Shown here: piece after piece, positions 31,374-42,630 of the stretch
Numbering within the stretch: position 1 is the stretch's first letter
How the letters are laid out: each line of letters begins with the position of its first letter
From: Escherichia coli
GTDB lineage: Bacteria > Pseudomonadota > Gammaproteobacteria > Enterobacterales > Enterobacteriaceae
Assembly: GCF_030013205.1 (NCBI RefSeq)
Contig: NZ_CP122648.1
Direction: 5' to 3' (one strand)
Length of the DNA stretch: 64,000 bases
The notes under the pieces: model-generated
What the model was told of the DNA's origin: nothing
Database searches by the model: none
What the model saw: the letters and a program-made list of their open reading frames with translations, nothing else
Translations under genes and position numbers: made by a program

Positions 31374-32032
31374 GGTAATGACTCCAACTTACTGATAGTG
31401 TTTTATGTTCAGATAATGCCCGATGACTTTGTCATGCAGCTCCACCGATTTTGAGAACGACAGCGACTTCCGTCCCAGCCGTGCCAGGTGCTGCCTCAGA
31501 TTCAGGTTATGCCGCTCAATTCGCTGCGTATATCGCTTGCTGATTACGTGCAGCTTTCCCTTCAGGCGGGATTCATACAGCGGCCAGCCATCCGTCCTCC
31601 ATATCCTGTCATACGCGTAAAACAACCAGCGCCGACGTAACCCCACTGTTCGTCCATTTCCGCGCAAACAATGACGTCACTGCCCGGTTGTATGCATGAG
31701 TTTACCGACTGCGGCCTGAGTTTTTTAAGTGTCGTAAAATCGTGTTGAGGCCAACGCCTATAATGCGTGCACTGGCGCGACATCCGACGCCATTCATGGC
31801 CATATCAATAATTTTCTGGTGTGTACCGGGCTGAGAGGCGGTGTAAGTGAACTATAGCTGCCATGTTTTACGGCAGTGAGAGCAGAGATAGCGCTGATGT
31901 CCGGCAGTACTTTTACCGTTACGCACCACGCCTTCAGTAGCTGAGCAGGAGGGACAACTGATGGAGATGGAAGCCACGGGAGCACCTCAAAAACACCATC
32001 GTACACTAAATCAGTAAGTTGGCACCATTACC
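31374..32032 (-). mobile_element. IS1 copy with ~109-bp internal deletion (659 bp vs 768 bp), insA/insB degenerate
   Basis: IS1 termini GGTAATGACTCCAACTTA... and ...CATTACC; 9-bp target duplication GGCAATGTA on both sides (31365-31373 and 32033-32041); InsB reads [15 protein letters not shown], lacking an internal segment. Confidence 0.85.
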
Positions 32033-33280
32033 GGCAATGTATTATTTAAACTGTAATAATTTAATTTTAGGATGTGTAGCAGCAGCCCGATACAGAGTTG
32101 CAAGGACACACTTTTGCCAGAGGGCGTTACAGGAAAGCTTAATGTTTGATTCTGTATACATAATAAATCACCTTATAGTTACAATAGGTCAAAAACCGCT
32201 GTAGCCAAAGTTACGCTGGCCTGATGCTTTAGTGTCGAACTTCGTCAAATAATCCAGACGTACCAATAAGCGCTGGTACTGCTCTGGGAAATCAGGATCG
32301 TTAATATCCAGGATGTAACGCCCATTAGTAGGGAAATGAACTAATCCCTGGTGATCTTCCAGTTCCAACCCTAAGGCACTGTACCAGGCTCCGGTAATTA
32401 ACCCTCTCAGGGTGTCAGAGCGCTCATAGTCTCCCAGGTGGTAATAGGCGTCTTTGTTAAACAACAGGCAGACGTGATAATGACATTTAAAGGACTGTGT
32501 ATATTCTTTCGCCCAGATAATACAAACCGACGTTGCGTAGGTGCGTTTGCCTTATTGTTTTTTACGGTGTTGATCTGCATTAATTTTCGCATTCAGCGAG
32601 TTACGGAAACGAGATATCTCTCCGGGGATCAGGTTAGGGAAACAGGTAATGGTATCCCCGTTGTCAATCACAGGAGGGTAATGGAGATCCACCCGTATTG
32701 CTGTTATTCTGGAAGTATTTTTAATATTCGTATTGATAGTTCTCAGAGATATATCACACTCTAGATATTTTAATTAAGTATCAGTTCGATATCGGCATAT
32801 TGTACACTACCTCAGGTAGATGATGAGATCAGATACAGGGATCAACTGACGGTGAACGCAGTTCCCACATTTTATCCAGGGCTTACTGCATATTCCCAAC
32901 AGCCATTCGTTAGCCAGGTAGACGAATACCCTTTCCGCTGGTTTTGCTTTCCCATCGAAGGGCCCATACATCATCACGCCCGCGAAACAACCGACGAAAT
33001 AATGCAACCTTCTCGTCGGTGGATAATACGAAAACGCACTGCACAGGGCTCTGCGGTTTACGTCACCATTCAATCCCATGAGCTTCAAGTTATGTTTGCC
33101 CTTAGTGCAGCTAATTCATCATTGTCAGATTTATGAACTATATGCGTTACCTGTACCTGCCCCACGGGGTACCACCACAGAAGATGAAGTGTCATAGTCC
33201 CCTGCGCTGAGGACAAAACTACGCATTAACGACAAATCCACGCGATAACTTACGATGGTTCGGGCATAAGCCCCCGTAAT

Positions 33281-33844
33281 TCAGTTATGTCGTGGTCGGC
33301 CGCGGTTACTTTTTTCGGGAAGCCTGCTACGGCCCAGAATAATACCGTGTTCTTTCTGATCTTGTTTAGCCAGGTAGCTGAGGGCGTAACGTAAGTCGTC
33401 TACCGCGGACTTATCACTATAGTGAATCACGTGATCGATACGCACCGGGTATTTATCTTTAGCCCGGCACAGATGAAAATAACCCTCCCCTTCCGTGATC
33501 CGCCTCCAGATATCTCCCAGTTGCCTGGATATCTGATAAGAGTTCTTGTGACGTTGTCCATCCAGATAGCCGATAAAATGAATATGAAGCCCTTTGTCTG
33601 GTGTATATTCCATTACCCAGTAATATCCCGCCAACATCGTCTGGGTTTCGCTAAGTAAACGGTATATTTCCATACACATACTGTGCTTACAGGAATGCCC
33701 GAAACTGGGCGTGTCTTTCCTGTAGGCAAAATCAATTCTGAAAGGTAACAGTTTAGAAAAACGTTGAAACAATCCCTCCATGTGTTCATTCACATCTTTC
33801 AGAATCGCGAAATTCATTTCGTAATTGGGATTGGCATTATACAT
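33281..33844 (-). CDS. YfjJ/YagK-family (inovirus Gp2-like) protein, possibly 3'-truncated
   Basis: 187-aa ORF resembling the CP4-57 YfjJ family as recalled; downstream short ORFs (32189-33088) may be frameshifted remnants. Confidence 0.5.
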   Translation of the reverse strand: MYNANPNYEMNFAILKDVNEHMEGLFQRFSKLLPFRIDFAYRKDTPSFGHSCKHSMCMEIYRLLSETQTMLAGYYWVMEYTPDKGLHIHFIGYLDGQRHKNSYQISRQLGDIWRRITEGEGYFHLCRAKDKYPVRIDHVIHYSDKSAVDDLRYALSYLAKQDQKEHGIILGRSRLPEKSNRGRPRHN

Positions 33845-34975
33845 TTTATAGTCCTTAATTTATAAAACTCACAGGAAGAGGAAATTATGTAAATACTGAG
33901 AGAACATAAACGCCGTACCACGGCATTAATAAACGAAGTAAACCAGCAGCACAGACACCCTGATAAAACTGTTTTGTATTACCGCATCGCTGTAACGAGG
34001 TAATACTTCAGAATACAGTGAGGCTCTCTTAAACAGAGGACCAGTAAGAATTACAATGGTAAAAACACACCTCATAGAATTGAGTTTAAGGAAGCACCAT
34101 TCACTCAACCTGACATTCACAAAAGTCAGTACCAGGTGGCCTCAGGTAACATCGCTATTAATATTATCCTGCCATTAAGTAAAAACAGAAACTCTGTGAG
34201 GAAGCCTCACCAATATTTGACCAGTAGCATAAAGAATAACGATATGAGAGATACGCCCACACCAGAGATGATTACCCCATACAAAAAAATAATATTTATT
34301 AATACCACCGAACCTCAATAGAGTAATAACACACTAATAGCGTCTTGGTACACACTTAACACTAACTATGCACCAGACACACACTCAGGATTAACATTCC
34401 CAACATTTATGATACTCTCAAAGAGTATAATTCACCACACAGGTAAACTCTCACACCAGTAGTATGGAGATAATGCTGTACACATACTTACAGAGTAAAG
34501 TGTACAGTTAGCATACAGTGGCGAGCAGACATTACAACATAAAGACATAAGATAGCATAATAAGAACATAACAAAACTCCCACTAATAATACTAATTAAC
34601 CTTAATTCTTTTTTGAACAGGAAATCAACATTGCTCCAGACCTCTTCAGGTCATACACTTTTGTATTGGATGTTCAATGTGTACTTCTGCACAAACAAAA
34701 AAATAAAACCCGCAAAATAAAATATCAGCCCCAAAAATACAGCGTGAAACACCACGTTATGGATATGTTTTCATATCACCAGAAGCATATTTCACACATA
34801 CAATACAGAAACAATTCATCATATAATCAGGGTTACTGTTCACTCCTCTCGGTTATCCGCGAGACGATAAAACATGACACTAATCACAAAAACGAGAGAT
34901 AGTATTTGCGAAATATAAACAACATAAAAATCAATGCGTTGCGATTTTTTATTTTTTCAGACATGCATGCCCCCT

Positions 34976-35011
34976 CTGCTATTGTTGCTAGCCGGCTAGC
35001 AACAATAGCAG
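34976..35011. repeat. Perfect 36-bp palindrome (ctgctattgttgctagcc|ggctagcaacaatagcag)
   Basis: Exact inverted repeat with no loop, immediately 3' of the IS2-split unknown gene. Confidence 0.8.
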
Positions 35012-35053
35012 GGATATACAAACATCGGATGCCAAAAACACGTTCCGATAATA

Positions 35054-35653
35054 TCATCGAGGATCTGACTGGTTGTTTTTAGTATCATCACCACAAATGA
35101 TGGTTAATGCGTTGTAGATCAGTCTGCGTCTGTTCTTGTTTTCAGCATTATTTCCATACAACATCATGACGTTTTTAATATCATCAACCGGTGATATTAC
35201 ATAATCAACCAATACGCCAAGCTTCTCAATACATTGCAGTAAAGTATATTTGTGTCTGCCCGTAAATAATCCTATCAGGTTTTCTTTACTTTCACGACTG
35301 GATAATATTTTGTTCTCTGTAATTAATTCAGCCAACGTTTCACCATCGTAAACACGTTCTTTATCTATCAGAATATTTATCTTATCTAACGCCCTCTCTA
35401 CATTATCAAGAAGACCTGTAATATACGGAGGCTGAATATCTGACTTTGTACTAATATTTGCAAGCATCGAATTATACATTTTAATGATACGCATCAGAGT
35501 AAAATTATTCGCATCATATTGTATTTCATCTTCATTATACGCAGGATCCGTCACGACCCTTAAGTCCATAAATGCATCCTGATAAGCTTTTACATAATCA
35601 AGTAATTCGAACAGTGAACCATGCTTTATTTTCTCCCTGTTTAATTTGATCTC
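35054..35653 (-). pseudogene. Unknown AT-rich gene, C-terminal part (codons ~409-607) separated from its 5' part by IS2
   Basis: Reading frame continues EI-KLNREKIKHGSLFELL... across the IS2 target duplication; see 36990-38213. Confidence 0.7.
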
Positions 35654-35744
35654 TAGACTGGCCCCCTGAATCTCCAGACAACCAGTATCACTTAAATAAG
35701 TGATAGTCTTAATACTAGTTTTTAGACTAGTCATTGGAGAACAG

Positions 35745-36110
35745 ATGATTGATGTCTTAGGGCCGGAGAAACGCAGACGGCGTACCACACAGGAAAAGAT
35801 CGCAATTGTTCAGCAGAGCTTTGAACCGGGGATGACGGTCTCCCTCGTTGCCCGGCAACATGGTGTAGCAGCCAGCCAGTTATTTCTCTGGCGTAAGCAA
35901 TACCAGGAAGGAAGTCTTACTGCTGTCGCCGCCGGAGAACAGGTTGTTCCTGCCTCTGAACTTGCTGCCGCCATGAAGCAGATTAAAGAACTCCAGCGCC
36001 TGCTCGGCAAGAAAACGATGGAAAATGAACTCCTCAAAGAAGCCGTTGAATATGGACGGGCAAAAAAGTGGATAGCGCACGCGCCCTTATTGCCCGGGGA
36101 TGGGGAGTAA
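35745..36110 (+). CDS. insC: IS2 OrfA (InsC)
   Basis: [41 protein letters not shown]... Confidence 0.9.
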
Positions 36111-36973
36111 GCTTAGTCAGCCGTTGTCTCCGGGTGTCGCGTGCGCAGTTGCACGTCATTCTCAGACGAACCGATGACTGGATGGATGGCCGCCGCAGTC
36201 GTCACACTGATGATACGGATGTGCTTCTCCGTATACACCATGTTATCGGAGAGCTGCCCACGTATGGTTATCGTCGGGTATGGGCGCTGCTTCGCAGACA
36301 GGCAGAACTTGATGGTATGTCTGCGATCAATGCCAAACGTGTTTACCGGATCATGCGCCAGAATGCGCTGTTGCTTGAGCGAAAACCTGCTGTACCGCCA
36401 TCGAAACGGGCACATACAGGCAGAGTGGCCGTGAAAGAAAGCAATCAGCGATGGTGCTCTGACGGGTTCGAGTTCTGCTGTGATAACGGAGAGAGACTGC
36501 GTGTCACGTTCGCGCTGGACTGCTGTGATCGTGAGGCACTGCACTGGGCGGTGACTACCGGCGGCTTCAACAGTGAAACAGTACAGGACGTCATGCTGGG
36601 AGCGGTGGAACGCCGCTTCGGCAACGATCTTCCGTCGTCTCCAGTGGAGTGGCTGACGGATAATGGTTCATGCTACCGGGCTAATGAAACACGCCAGTTC
36701 GCCCGGATGTTGGGACTTGAACCGAAGAACACGGCGGTGCGGAGTCCGGAGAGTAACGGAATAGCAGAGAGCTTCGTGAAAACGATAAAGCGTGACTACA
36801 TCAGTATCATGCCCAAACCAGACGGGTTAACGGCAGCAAAGAACCTTGCAGAGGCGTTCGAGCATTATAACGAATGGCATCCGCATAGTGCGCTGGGTTA
36901 TCGCTCGCCACGGGAATATCTGCGGCAGCGGGCTTGTAATGGGTTAAGTGATAACAGATGTCTGGAAATATAG
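36068..36973 (+). CDS. insD: IS2 OrfB transposase (InsD)
   Basis: 301-aa DDE transposase ORF overlapping insC. Confidence 0.9.
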
Positions 36974-36989
36974 GGGCAAATCCAATCTC

Positions 36990-38213
36990 CAGCGCTATCC
37001 TGAGAACTGAAAAAGCGCCGGGAAGATACCCAGAAGGTAACTCGTATTTTGGGGATTCATCATAAAACCGAAGAGCTTTGTGGAGTTTGTTCCGCCGAAT
37101 CAGATAAATAAGGACGGCCAGTAACATGTAGCACCTGGTCACATAACCACGGGCATTCTGCAACTGTTCAAAATAATTAATAATGTTTTCCAGATATACA
37201 TCATCATAACTTTTCTTATCAGAAAGATTAAACACCATATCTTTTAAAGATTCGATATATTCTTGTGATTTATCATCAAGTGACACAATATAACGAGTTA
37301 ATGCTCCTTTGGGGCCACTCTCAAACTCATGAAACCGTTCAAGTAATGCTCTTGCATAAGGCGTTGTGTCAAAAATATTAAAATCATAAAGATAGCGTGC
37401 AGCGTAGCCATACAACCCATGTACCCAAAGCCCTTCTCTTATCAGCACTCTGAGATAATATGCAATACTGTCAAGTATCTTTACCTTCCGTTGCATATCA
37501 AGCAAAATACTTAATGAATAAAATGCATAATAGAACTTGTCAATGTTGTTGAGTATTCTGTCCAGCTCACTCTTATCAAGCTTCTTCTCTCTGTAATCCT
37601 TCTTGTATTCATTCTTACAGGCCTTTATATATTGTTTCATAAGGCTCTTCCTTTTACCGTACCCTTTTCGAATAGTCCCCTGGTATTTTCCCAGCTCATA
37701 CATTTTTCCGTTTTCCCGAAAATCTTCTCTGTTAAATCCCAGTTCAGCAAGATACTCCCGGAGATAACGTTTAACGGCAGCCTCATCGCTTTCTGTACCA
37801 GAGTAATCCAGGCAGGGACAATATGATTTTTGCAAAAAATTATAGATATGATAATAAAACCCTGTTTCATTCTCCGGACGATATGTGTTATATATATCCA
37901 GAACAATAAAAACAACTCCAAAGCTTTTCAGAAAATAGTTACGGATATATTCGGACTTTAATGTTGAATACACAGGGTAAGAATTCATCATGTAATAAAA
38001 ATATTCATACCGGGAAAATATAATTCGCCGTTGTTCCAGACTATACACCCCTTCAGCATCAATAATGTGACTGAGCTCATTATAACGTTGATCCCAGAAT
38101 CTTTGATGCGCTCCAAAATCAGTACTCTTCCGCTTATCTCTCGGACTCTCTCCTTCCTTAAACAACTCAAAAACTGTACAAATATCATACAAAAGATTTG
38201 TAAACATGCGCAT
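36990..38213 (-). pseudogene. Unknown AT-rich gene, N-terminal part (codons 1-408), interrupted by IS2; divergent from alpA
   Basis: Long K/Y/N-rich ORF MRMFTNLLYDICTVFELFKEGESPRDKRK...; no family recognised by eye. Confidence 0.7.
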
Positions 38214-38301
38214 CTGCTCTGATCTCCGGTTGGTTTCCGTTTTATCACAGGGGACATTCTGGCCTTAACGTAGCAAATTAATGACATAGCCTTCAACTCA
38301 C

Positions 38302-38562
38302 ATGGAGAACAATATGTCAACCCAGACCGGACATTTTTATACCCCCTCACGCATCCTGCGTATGGCTGAACTTACCCGACTCCTTGGTATATCAAGATCG
38401 ACCATCTACGAAAAAATGAATCCGGCATCAAAATACTACGATGCCACCTTTCCCCGGCCTGTCCGGCTTGGGAGTTCGGCTGTAGGCTGGCGGGCATCTG
38501 CCATTGATGAGTGGTTAACTTTACATACAACACCAACCAGATCCGTAACTAAGGATAAATAA
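38302..38562 (+). CDS. alpA: AlpA-family phage/island transcriptional regulator (MerR-like HTH)
   Basis: ...ILRMAELTRLLGISRSTIYEKMNPASKYYDATFPRPVRLGSSAVGWRASAIDEWL... matches the AlpA pattern; true start may be an internal Met. Confidence 0.75.
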   Translation: MENNMSTQTGHFYTPSRILRMAELTRLLGISRSTIYEKMNPASKYYDATFPRPVRLGSSAVGWRASAIDEWLTLHTTPTRSVTKDK

Positions 38563-38577
38563 GGAAAACTGTACGCC

Positions 38578-39678
38578 ATGACAAAATTATCCCCCCCTGA
38601 ACTTGACATAACTAAACTGCCTGACAGGTGCCAGGCATTACTTGATGAAATGCATGAAGAAACGGGAATAAGCCGTGAAATACTGCTGTCTGTTATGCTG
38701 ACGGTCAAGGCTGCCTCGGTCCAGGATACGCATGAAGTTGAACTTTCTGGAGGGCAGCGTACCAGTCTTCAGATATATATGTGTCTTTCATCAGCATCAG
38801 GCAGTGGAAAAACCTCTGCCTGCGCAAAATTAATCGCCCCTGTTCATGAAACAGAAGAAGAACTACATCAGGCATATATCGACGATAAAAAAAACTATGA
38901 TCGCATGATGGAAATGTGGACAACAGATAAAAAAATCCTGGAGCGGAGATATAAAAAGGAAATGGAAAGATCCCCGGAAAATGCTGCTGCTGCACGAGCA
39001 GCGCTTGAAAAGTGTATAGCAAATAAACCCGTACCTCCCGTACAACAGGTTCTCATCGTGAATGACGCGACACCAGAAGGGATAGCTTTGAAACTCAGCC
39101 AGTCACCTTCTCTTCTGTTGCTGTCTGATGAAGGAGGAACTATTCTGGATAAGCGTTTCGAACGCAAATCGGCGCTGTACAACACATTATGGAGTGGGCA
39201 ACCAGTCACCGTAGAACGGGCATCCAGACCCGGGTTCCGGGTAAAGGATTCCCGTCTCACTATGCTTATACTGACTCAACCGGTAATATTTGATAAGTTT
39301 TTTACTCTCACTGGCGACCAGATCCGGGGCAATGGCTTTCTGGCCCGGGTGCTATTTTGCGAACCCGGAGCAAATAAAATAATGACGACAGAACCGCATA
39401 CTGCCACTCCTGTTGTAACGCAGCAATGTGCAACCTGTTTTCATGAGAAAAGTTTTGGCAGTCAGATCAGAGACTCTCTGAGAGCGTCCCGGGAAAGGCG
39501 TGCAAAAGGTGAGCAACGCATCCGCATGACATTATCACACGCAGCATCCCACGATCTGGAAATCTTTCACGAAGAAAATATGAGTGCCGTCAGGCAGAAC
39601 CCACGTATGACCACTTTCGAAGACATTATCGTCAGGAAAAGAGAACAGGCTGTTCGAATAGCCGCACTTCTGGAGCTG
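38578..39678 (+). pseudogene. YfjI-like (DUF3987-type) island protein, 5' part, interrupted by IS1
   Basis: Follows alpA as yfjI does in CP4-57; frame resumes after IS1 (ALLEL-ENNPHG...). Confidence 0.6.
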
Positions 39679-39693
39679 GGTAATGACTCCAAC

Positions 39694-40197
39694 TTACTGA
39701 TAGTGTTTTATGTTCAGATAATGCCCGATGACCTTGTCATGCAGCTCCACCGATTTTGAGAACGACAGTGACTTCCGTCCCAGCCTTGCCAGATGTTGTC
39801 TCAGATTCAGGTTATGCCGCTCAATGCGCTGAGTATAACGCTTGCTGATAACGTGCAGCTTTCCCTTCAGGCGTGATTCATACAGCGGCCAGCCATCCGT
39901 CATCCATACCACGACCTCAAAGGCCGACAGCAGGCTCAGAAGACGCTCCAGTGTGGCCAGAGTGCGTTCACCGAAGACGTGCGCCACAACCGTCCTCCGC
40001 ATCCTGTCATACGCGTAAAACAGCCAGCGCTGACGTGATTTAGCACCGACGTAGCCCCACTGTTCGTCCATTTCAGCGCAGACAATCACATCACTGCCCG
40101 GTTGTATGCGCGAGGTTACCGACTGCGGCCTGAGTTTTTTAAGTGGCGGAAAATCGTGTTGAGGCCAACGCCAATAATGCGTGCACTGGCGCGACAT
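39694..40197 (-). CDS. insB: IS1 InsB
   Basis: 167-aa [30 protein letters not shown]... Confidence 0.85.
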   Translation of the reverse strand: MSRQCTHYWRWPQHDFPPLKKLRPQSVTSRIQPGSDVIVCAEMDEQWGYVGAKSRQRWLFYAYDRMRRTVVAHVFGERTLATLERLLSLLSAFEVVVWMTDGWPLYESRLKGKLHVISKRYTQRIERHNLNLRQHLARLGRKSLSFSKSVELHDKVIGHYLNIKHYQ

Positions 40198-40391
40198 CCG
40201 ACGCCATTCATGGCCATATCAATGATTTTCTGGTGCGTACCGGGCTGAGAGGCGGCGTAAGTGAACTGTAGTTGCCATGTTTTACGGCAGTGAGAGCAGA
40301 GATAGCGCTGATGTCCGGCGGTGCTTTTGCCGTTACGCACCACCCCGTCAGTAGCTGAACAGGAGGGACAGCTGATAGAAACAGAAGCCAC
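40116..40391 (-). CDS. insA: IS1 InsA
   Basis: 91-aa [46 protein letters not shown]... Confidence 0.85.
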   Translation of the reverse strand: MASVSISCPSCSATDGVVRNGKSTAGHQRYLCSHCRKTWQLQFTYAASQPGTHQKIIDMAMNGVGCRASARIIGVGLNTIFRHLKNSGRSR

Positions 40392-40446
40392 TGGAGCACC
40401 TCAAAAACACCATCATACACTAAATCAGTAAGTTGGCAGCATCACC

Positions 40447-40920
40447 CTGGAGCTGGAGAACAATCCACATGGTACAGTAATAACACGAGAAAGTATCAAT
40501 AGTGCTATTTATCTCGTTGATTTTTATTTTCAGCATCTTATATCCAAACTGGAATCACTTCGGGAAATATCTCCTGCAGAAAAACTGGATAAATGGCTCA
40601 GAGAAAATATCATCCGGGTAAAAGGATACGAATATCAAAAAAGCCATATACTACAATATGGTCCATATGCTCTCAGGAATAAATGTGTTCTTGATGAAGC
40701 ACTTGATATACTTGCAGAACAGAAAAAAATCGTAATTGATTATTCAATCGGCCAAAAAATCATTTATATCGGTGACGCGATTACACCTTGTGAATTAGCA
40801 AATGAGGCAAACATCCCGATAATGGAACGTGGAATGTTTATAGTCTGTTGGGACCATAAGCTGAATAAGTACAGAAATGAAGAACAGACTAAAATATGGA
40901 ACATAACTACAAAAAATTAA
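40447..40920 (+). pseudogene. YfjI-like protein, 3' part after IS1
   Basis: In-frame continuation to a stop at 40918-40920. Confidence 0.6.
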
Positions 40921-40964
40921 AATTCCCGTCTTTTATCATTCAGTTACCAACCTGATTATCTGAA

Positions 40965-41005
40965 ACAATGCCAGACATCGGTTACAGACTGGCATTGTTT
41001 TTATC
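40965..41005 (+). terminator. Hairpin (caatgccag...ctggcattg) followed by T-run
   Basis: 9-bp stem inverted repeat then TTTTTATCATT, seen 3' of the yfjI-like gene. Confidence 0.5.
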
Positions 41006-41143
41006 ATTCAATTTATAAACTACAATATTACGTATTATTTTTATATTTATGTCATTGCAAATATCAGACAAACAAGCATTATAACTCAATAAGTATATTT
41101 TTCGTGATTACAGACGGCATCTGCAAATCTGTGAGATGTGATT

Positions 41144-42352
41144 TCATCGCTGGTTTTCCATAATCTGAGACATCACATAATCCGCCCATGCCTGCATCAT
41201 CGGTATACGCTGATCCAGCAGATCAGTCCGGTGATATGCCGCCTCAACCTTATTTTTCAGCGTGTGGGCAAGCGCCCTTTCCGCCAAATCCCGCGAATAT
41301 CCCTGTTCGCTACACCAGTCCCTGAATGTTGAACGAAAACCATGTGCTGTAGCCACTCGTCCGGGTATATCACTGATGGCCTTCTTTTTACGCAGAAAAC
41401 TCGTCAACACCATATCTGAAAGGATCTGCTGCTTTCTGGGAGAAGGAAACACCAGTTCGTCATGCAGACCACGTATATTTTCCAGAACGTGAATGGCCTG
41501 TCGGGATAAAGGAACACGATGCTGTATCCTGGCTTTCATTCTTTCTGCGGGTATCGTCCATATCCGCTTATGAAAATCAATTTCAGCCCAGCGCATTCCC
41601 CTTGCCTCGCCCGAGCGGGTTGCTGTCAGTATCACCATTAATAACAGTGCCCGGGTAACATTATAAGGTTCATCTGTATACACACTGGTCGCCACAAAAA
41701 GCGGTAACTGCCTCCAGGGCATTGCCGGCTGGTGTTCATCACGTCCTCTTGATTGCTGTGGAAGCAAATGATCAACCACATCAACAGGATTCGCCACACA
41801 AAAACCATGCGCCCAGCCCCACTGCATAACAACATGAATGCGCTGTTTAACCCGGCTTGCCGTTTCTGACAAGGTTAACCAGACTGGACGCAGTGTTTCT
41901 GCCACGTCCGCAGCCGTAATCGAATCCAGCGTTTTTGCTCCCAGTTGAGGAAACGCGTAATTCTCAAGCGTCGATAACCACTGCCTTACATGCTTTGGAT
42001 TTTCCCATCCAGGAGACAATTCTGCATGTACACGCCGGGCTGCATCGGCAAATGTTGGGATAACAACTTTTTCAGCTTCAGCCTTTTTAATCTCCAGAGG
42101 ATCATCACCTGCAGCAAGTTGCTCTCGCATTATCCGGGCAGTACGTGCAGCTTCAGCAATACTGACCTCAGGGTAAGTTCCCAATCCAGCATTACGCCTT
42201 TTTTGTGTCACCGGACTTACATAACGAAAAACCCATTTACCCCTCCCCTTTACTGAAGAAGGATGAAGAGTCAGTCCTGTAATTCCCCCATGGGGCAATG
42301 GTTTGTCATCAGGTTTGATATGCCTTGCTTTAGTATCCGTCAATACTGCCAT
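41144..42352 (-). CDS. Tyrosine site-specific integrase (P4/CP4-type)
   Basis: 402-aa ORF with phage-integrase-like N-terminal region and C-terminal catalytic-domain-like H..R...Y spacing; adjacent to the att repeat. Confidence 0.85.
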   Translation of the reverse strand: MAVLTDTKARHIKPDDKPLPHGGITGLTLHPSSVKGRGKWVFRYVSPVTQKRRNAGLGTYPEVSIAEAARTARIMREQLAAGDDPLEIKKAEAEKVVIPTFADAARRVHAELSPGWENPKHVRQWLSTLENYAFPQLGAKTLDSITAADVAETLRPVWLTLSETASRVKQRIHVVMQWGWAHGFCVANPVDVVDHLLPQQSRGRDEHQPAMPWRQLPLFVATSVYTDEPYNVTRALLLMVILTATRSGEARGMRWAEIDFHKRIWTIPAERMKARIQHRVPLSRQAIHVLENIRGLHDELVFPSPRKQQILSDMVLTSFLRKKKAISDIPGRVATAHGFRSTFRDWCSEQGYSRDLAERALAHTLKNKVEAAYHRTDLLDQRIPMMQAWADYVMSQIMENQR

Positions 42353-42512
42353 ACGCTAATTCCTGTTACTCTGGTATGCCATTCAGTATGCCATTAGTCT
42401 CTCACTTCACTAAGAATACATTAGATAACATCGGACAGCAAAAATTGTAATGCATTGTTTATAATGAGGTTATATAACACTCCCGGATTAAGTCAGATTT
42501 ATTTCAGGCGGT

Positions 42513-42526
42513 CCCCCTCACCGCCA
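42513..42526 (+). repeat. attR-like direct repeat of the tRNA-Ser 3' end (ccccctcaccgcca)
   Basis: 14-bp match to 5489-5502 in the same orientation; marks the distal island boundary. Confidence 0.7.
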
Positions 42527-42539
42527 TCTTTAAAGAAGA

Positions 42540-42568
42540 GCTCGTACGAAGGTACGGGCTTTTTTTTC
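42540..42568 (+). terminator. Hairpin + T8 run after the tRNA 3'-end repeat
   Basis: gctcgtac-gaag-gtacgggc followed by TTTTTTTT. Confidence 0.5.
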
Positions 42569-42630
42569 GTATATTGCATAGACCGGGGGGATGAGAAGCC
42601 CCAGGCGGAGGTCGACAACTAGCGACAGAC

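Larger units (their letters stand above)
35654..36984 (+). mobile_element. IS2 insertion sequence (1331 bp)
   Basis: Termini TAGACTGGCCCCCTGAATCTCC ... GGGGCAAATCCA; 5-bp target duplication ATCTC at 35649-35653 and 36985-36989. Confidence 0.9.
39679..40446 (-). mobile_element. IS1 insertion sequence (768 bp), intact
   Basis: Termini GGTAATGACTCC... and ...GGCAGCATCACC; 9-bp target duplication CTGGAGCTG (39670-39678 and 40447-40455). Confidence 0.9.

Noticed and set aside
31374-40446. Two IS1 copies in the same orientation as a composite transposon
   Set aside because: Each copy has its own distinct 9-bp target duplication (GGCAATGTA vs CTGGAGCTG), indicating independent insertions rather than one IS1-flanked unit.
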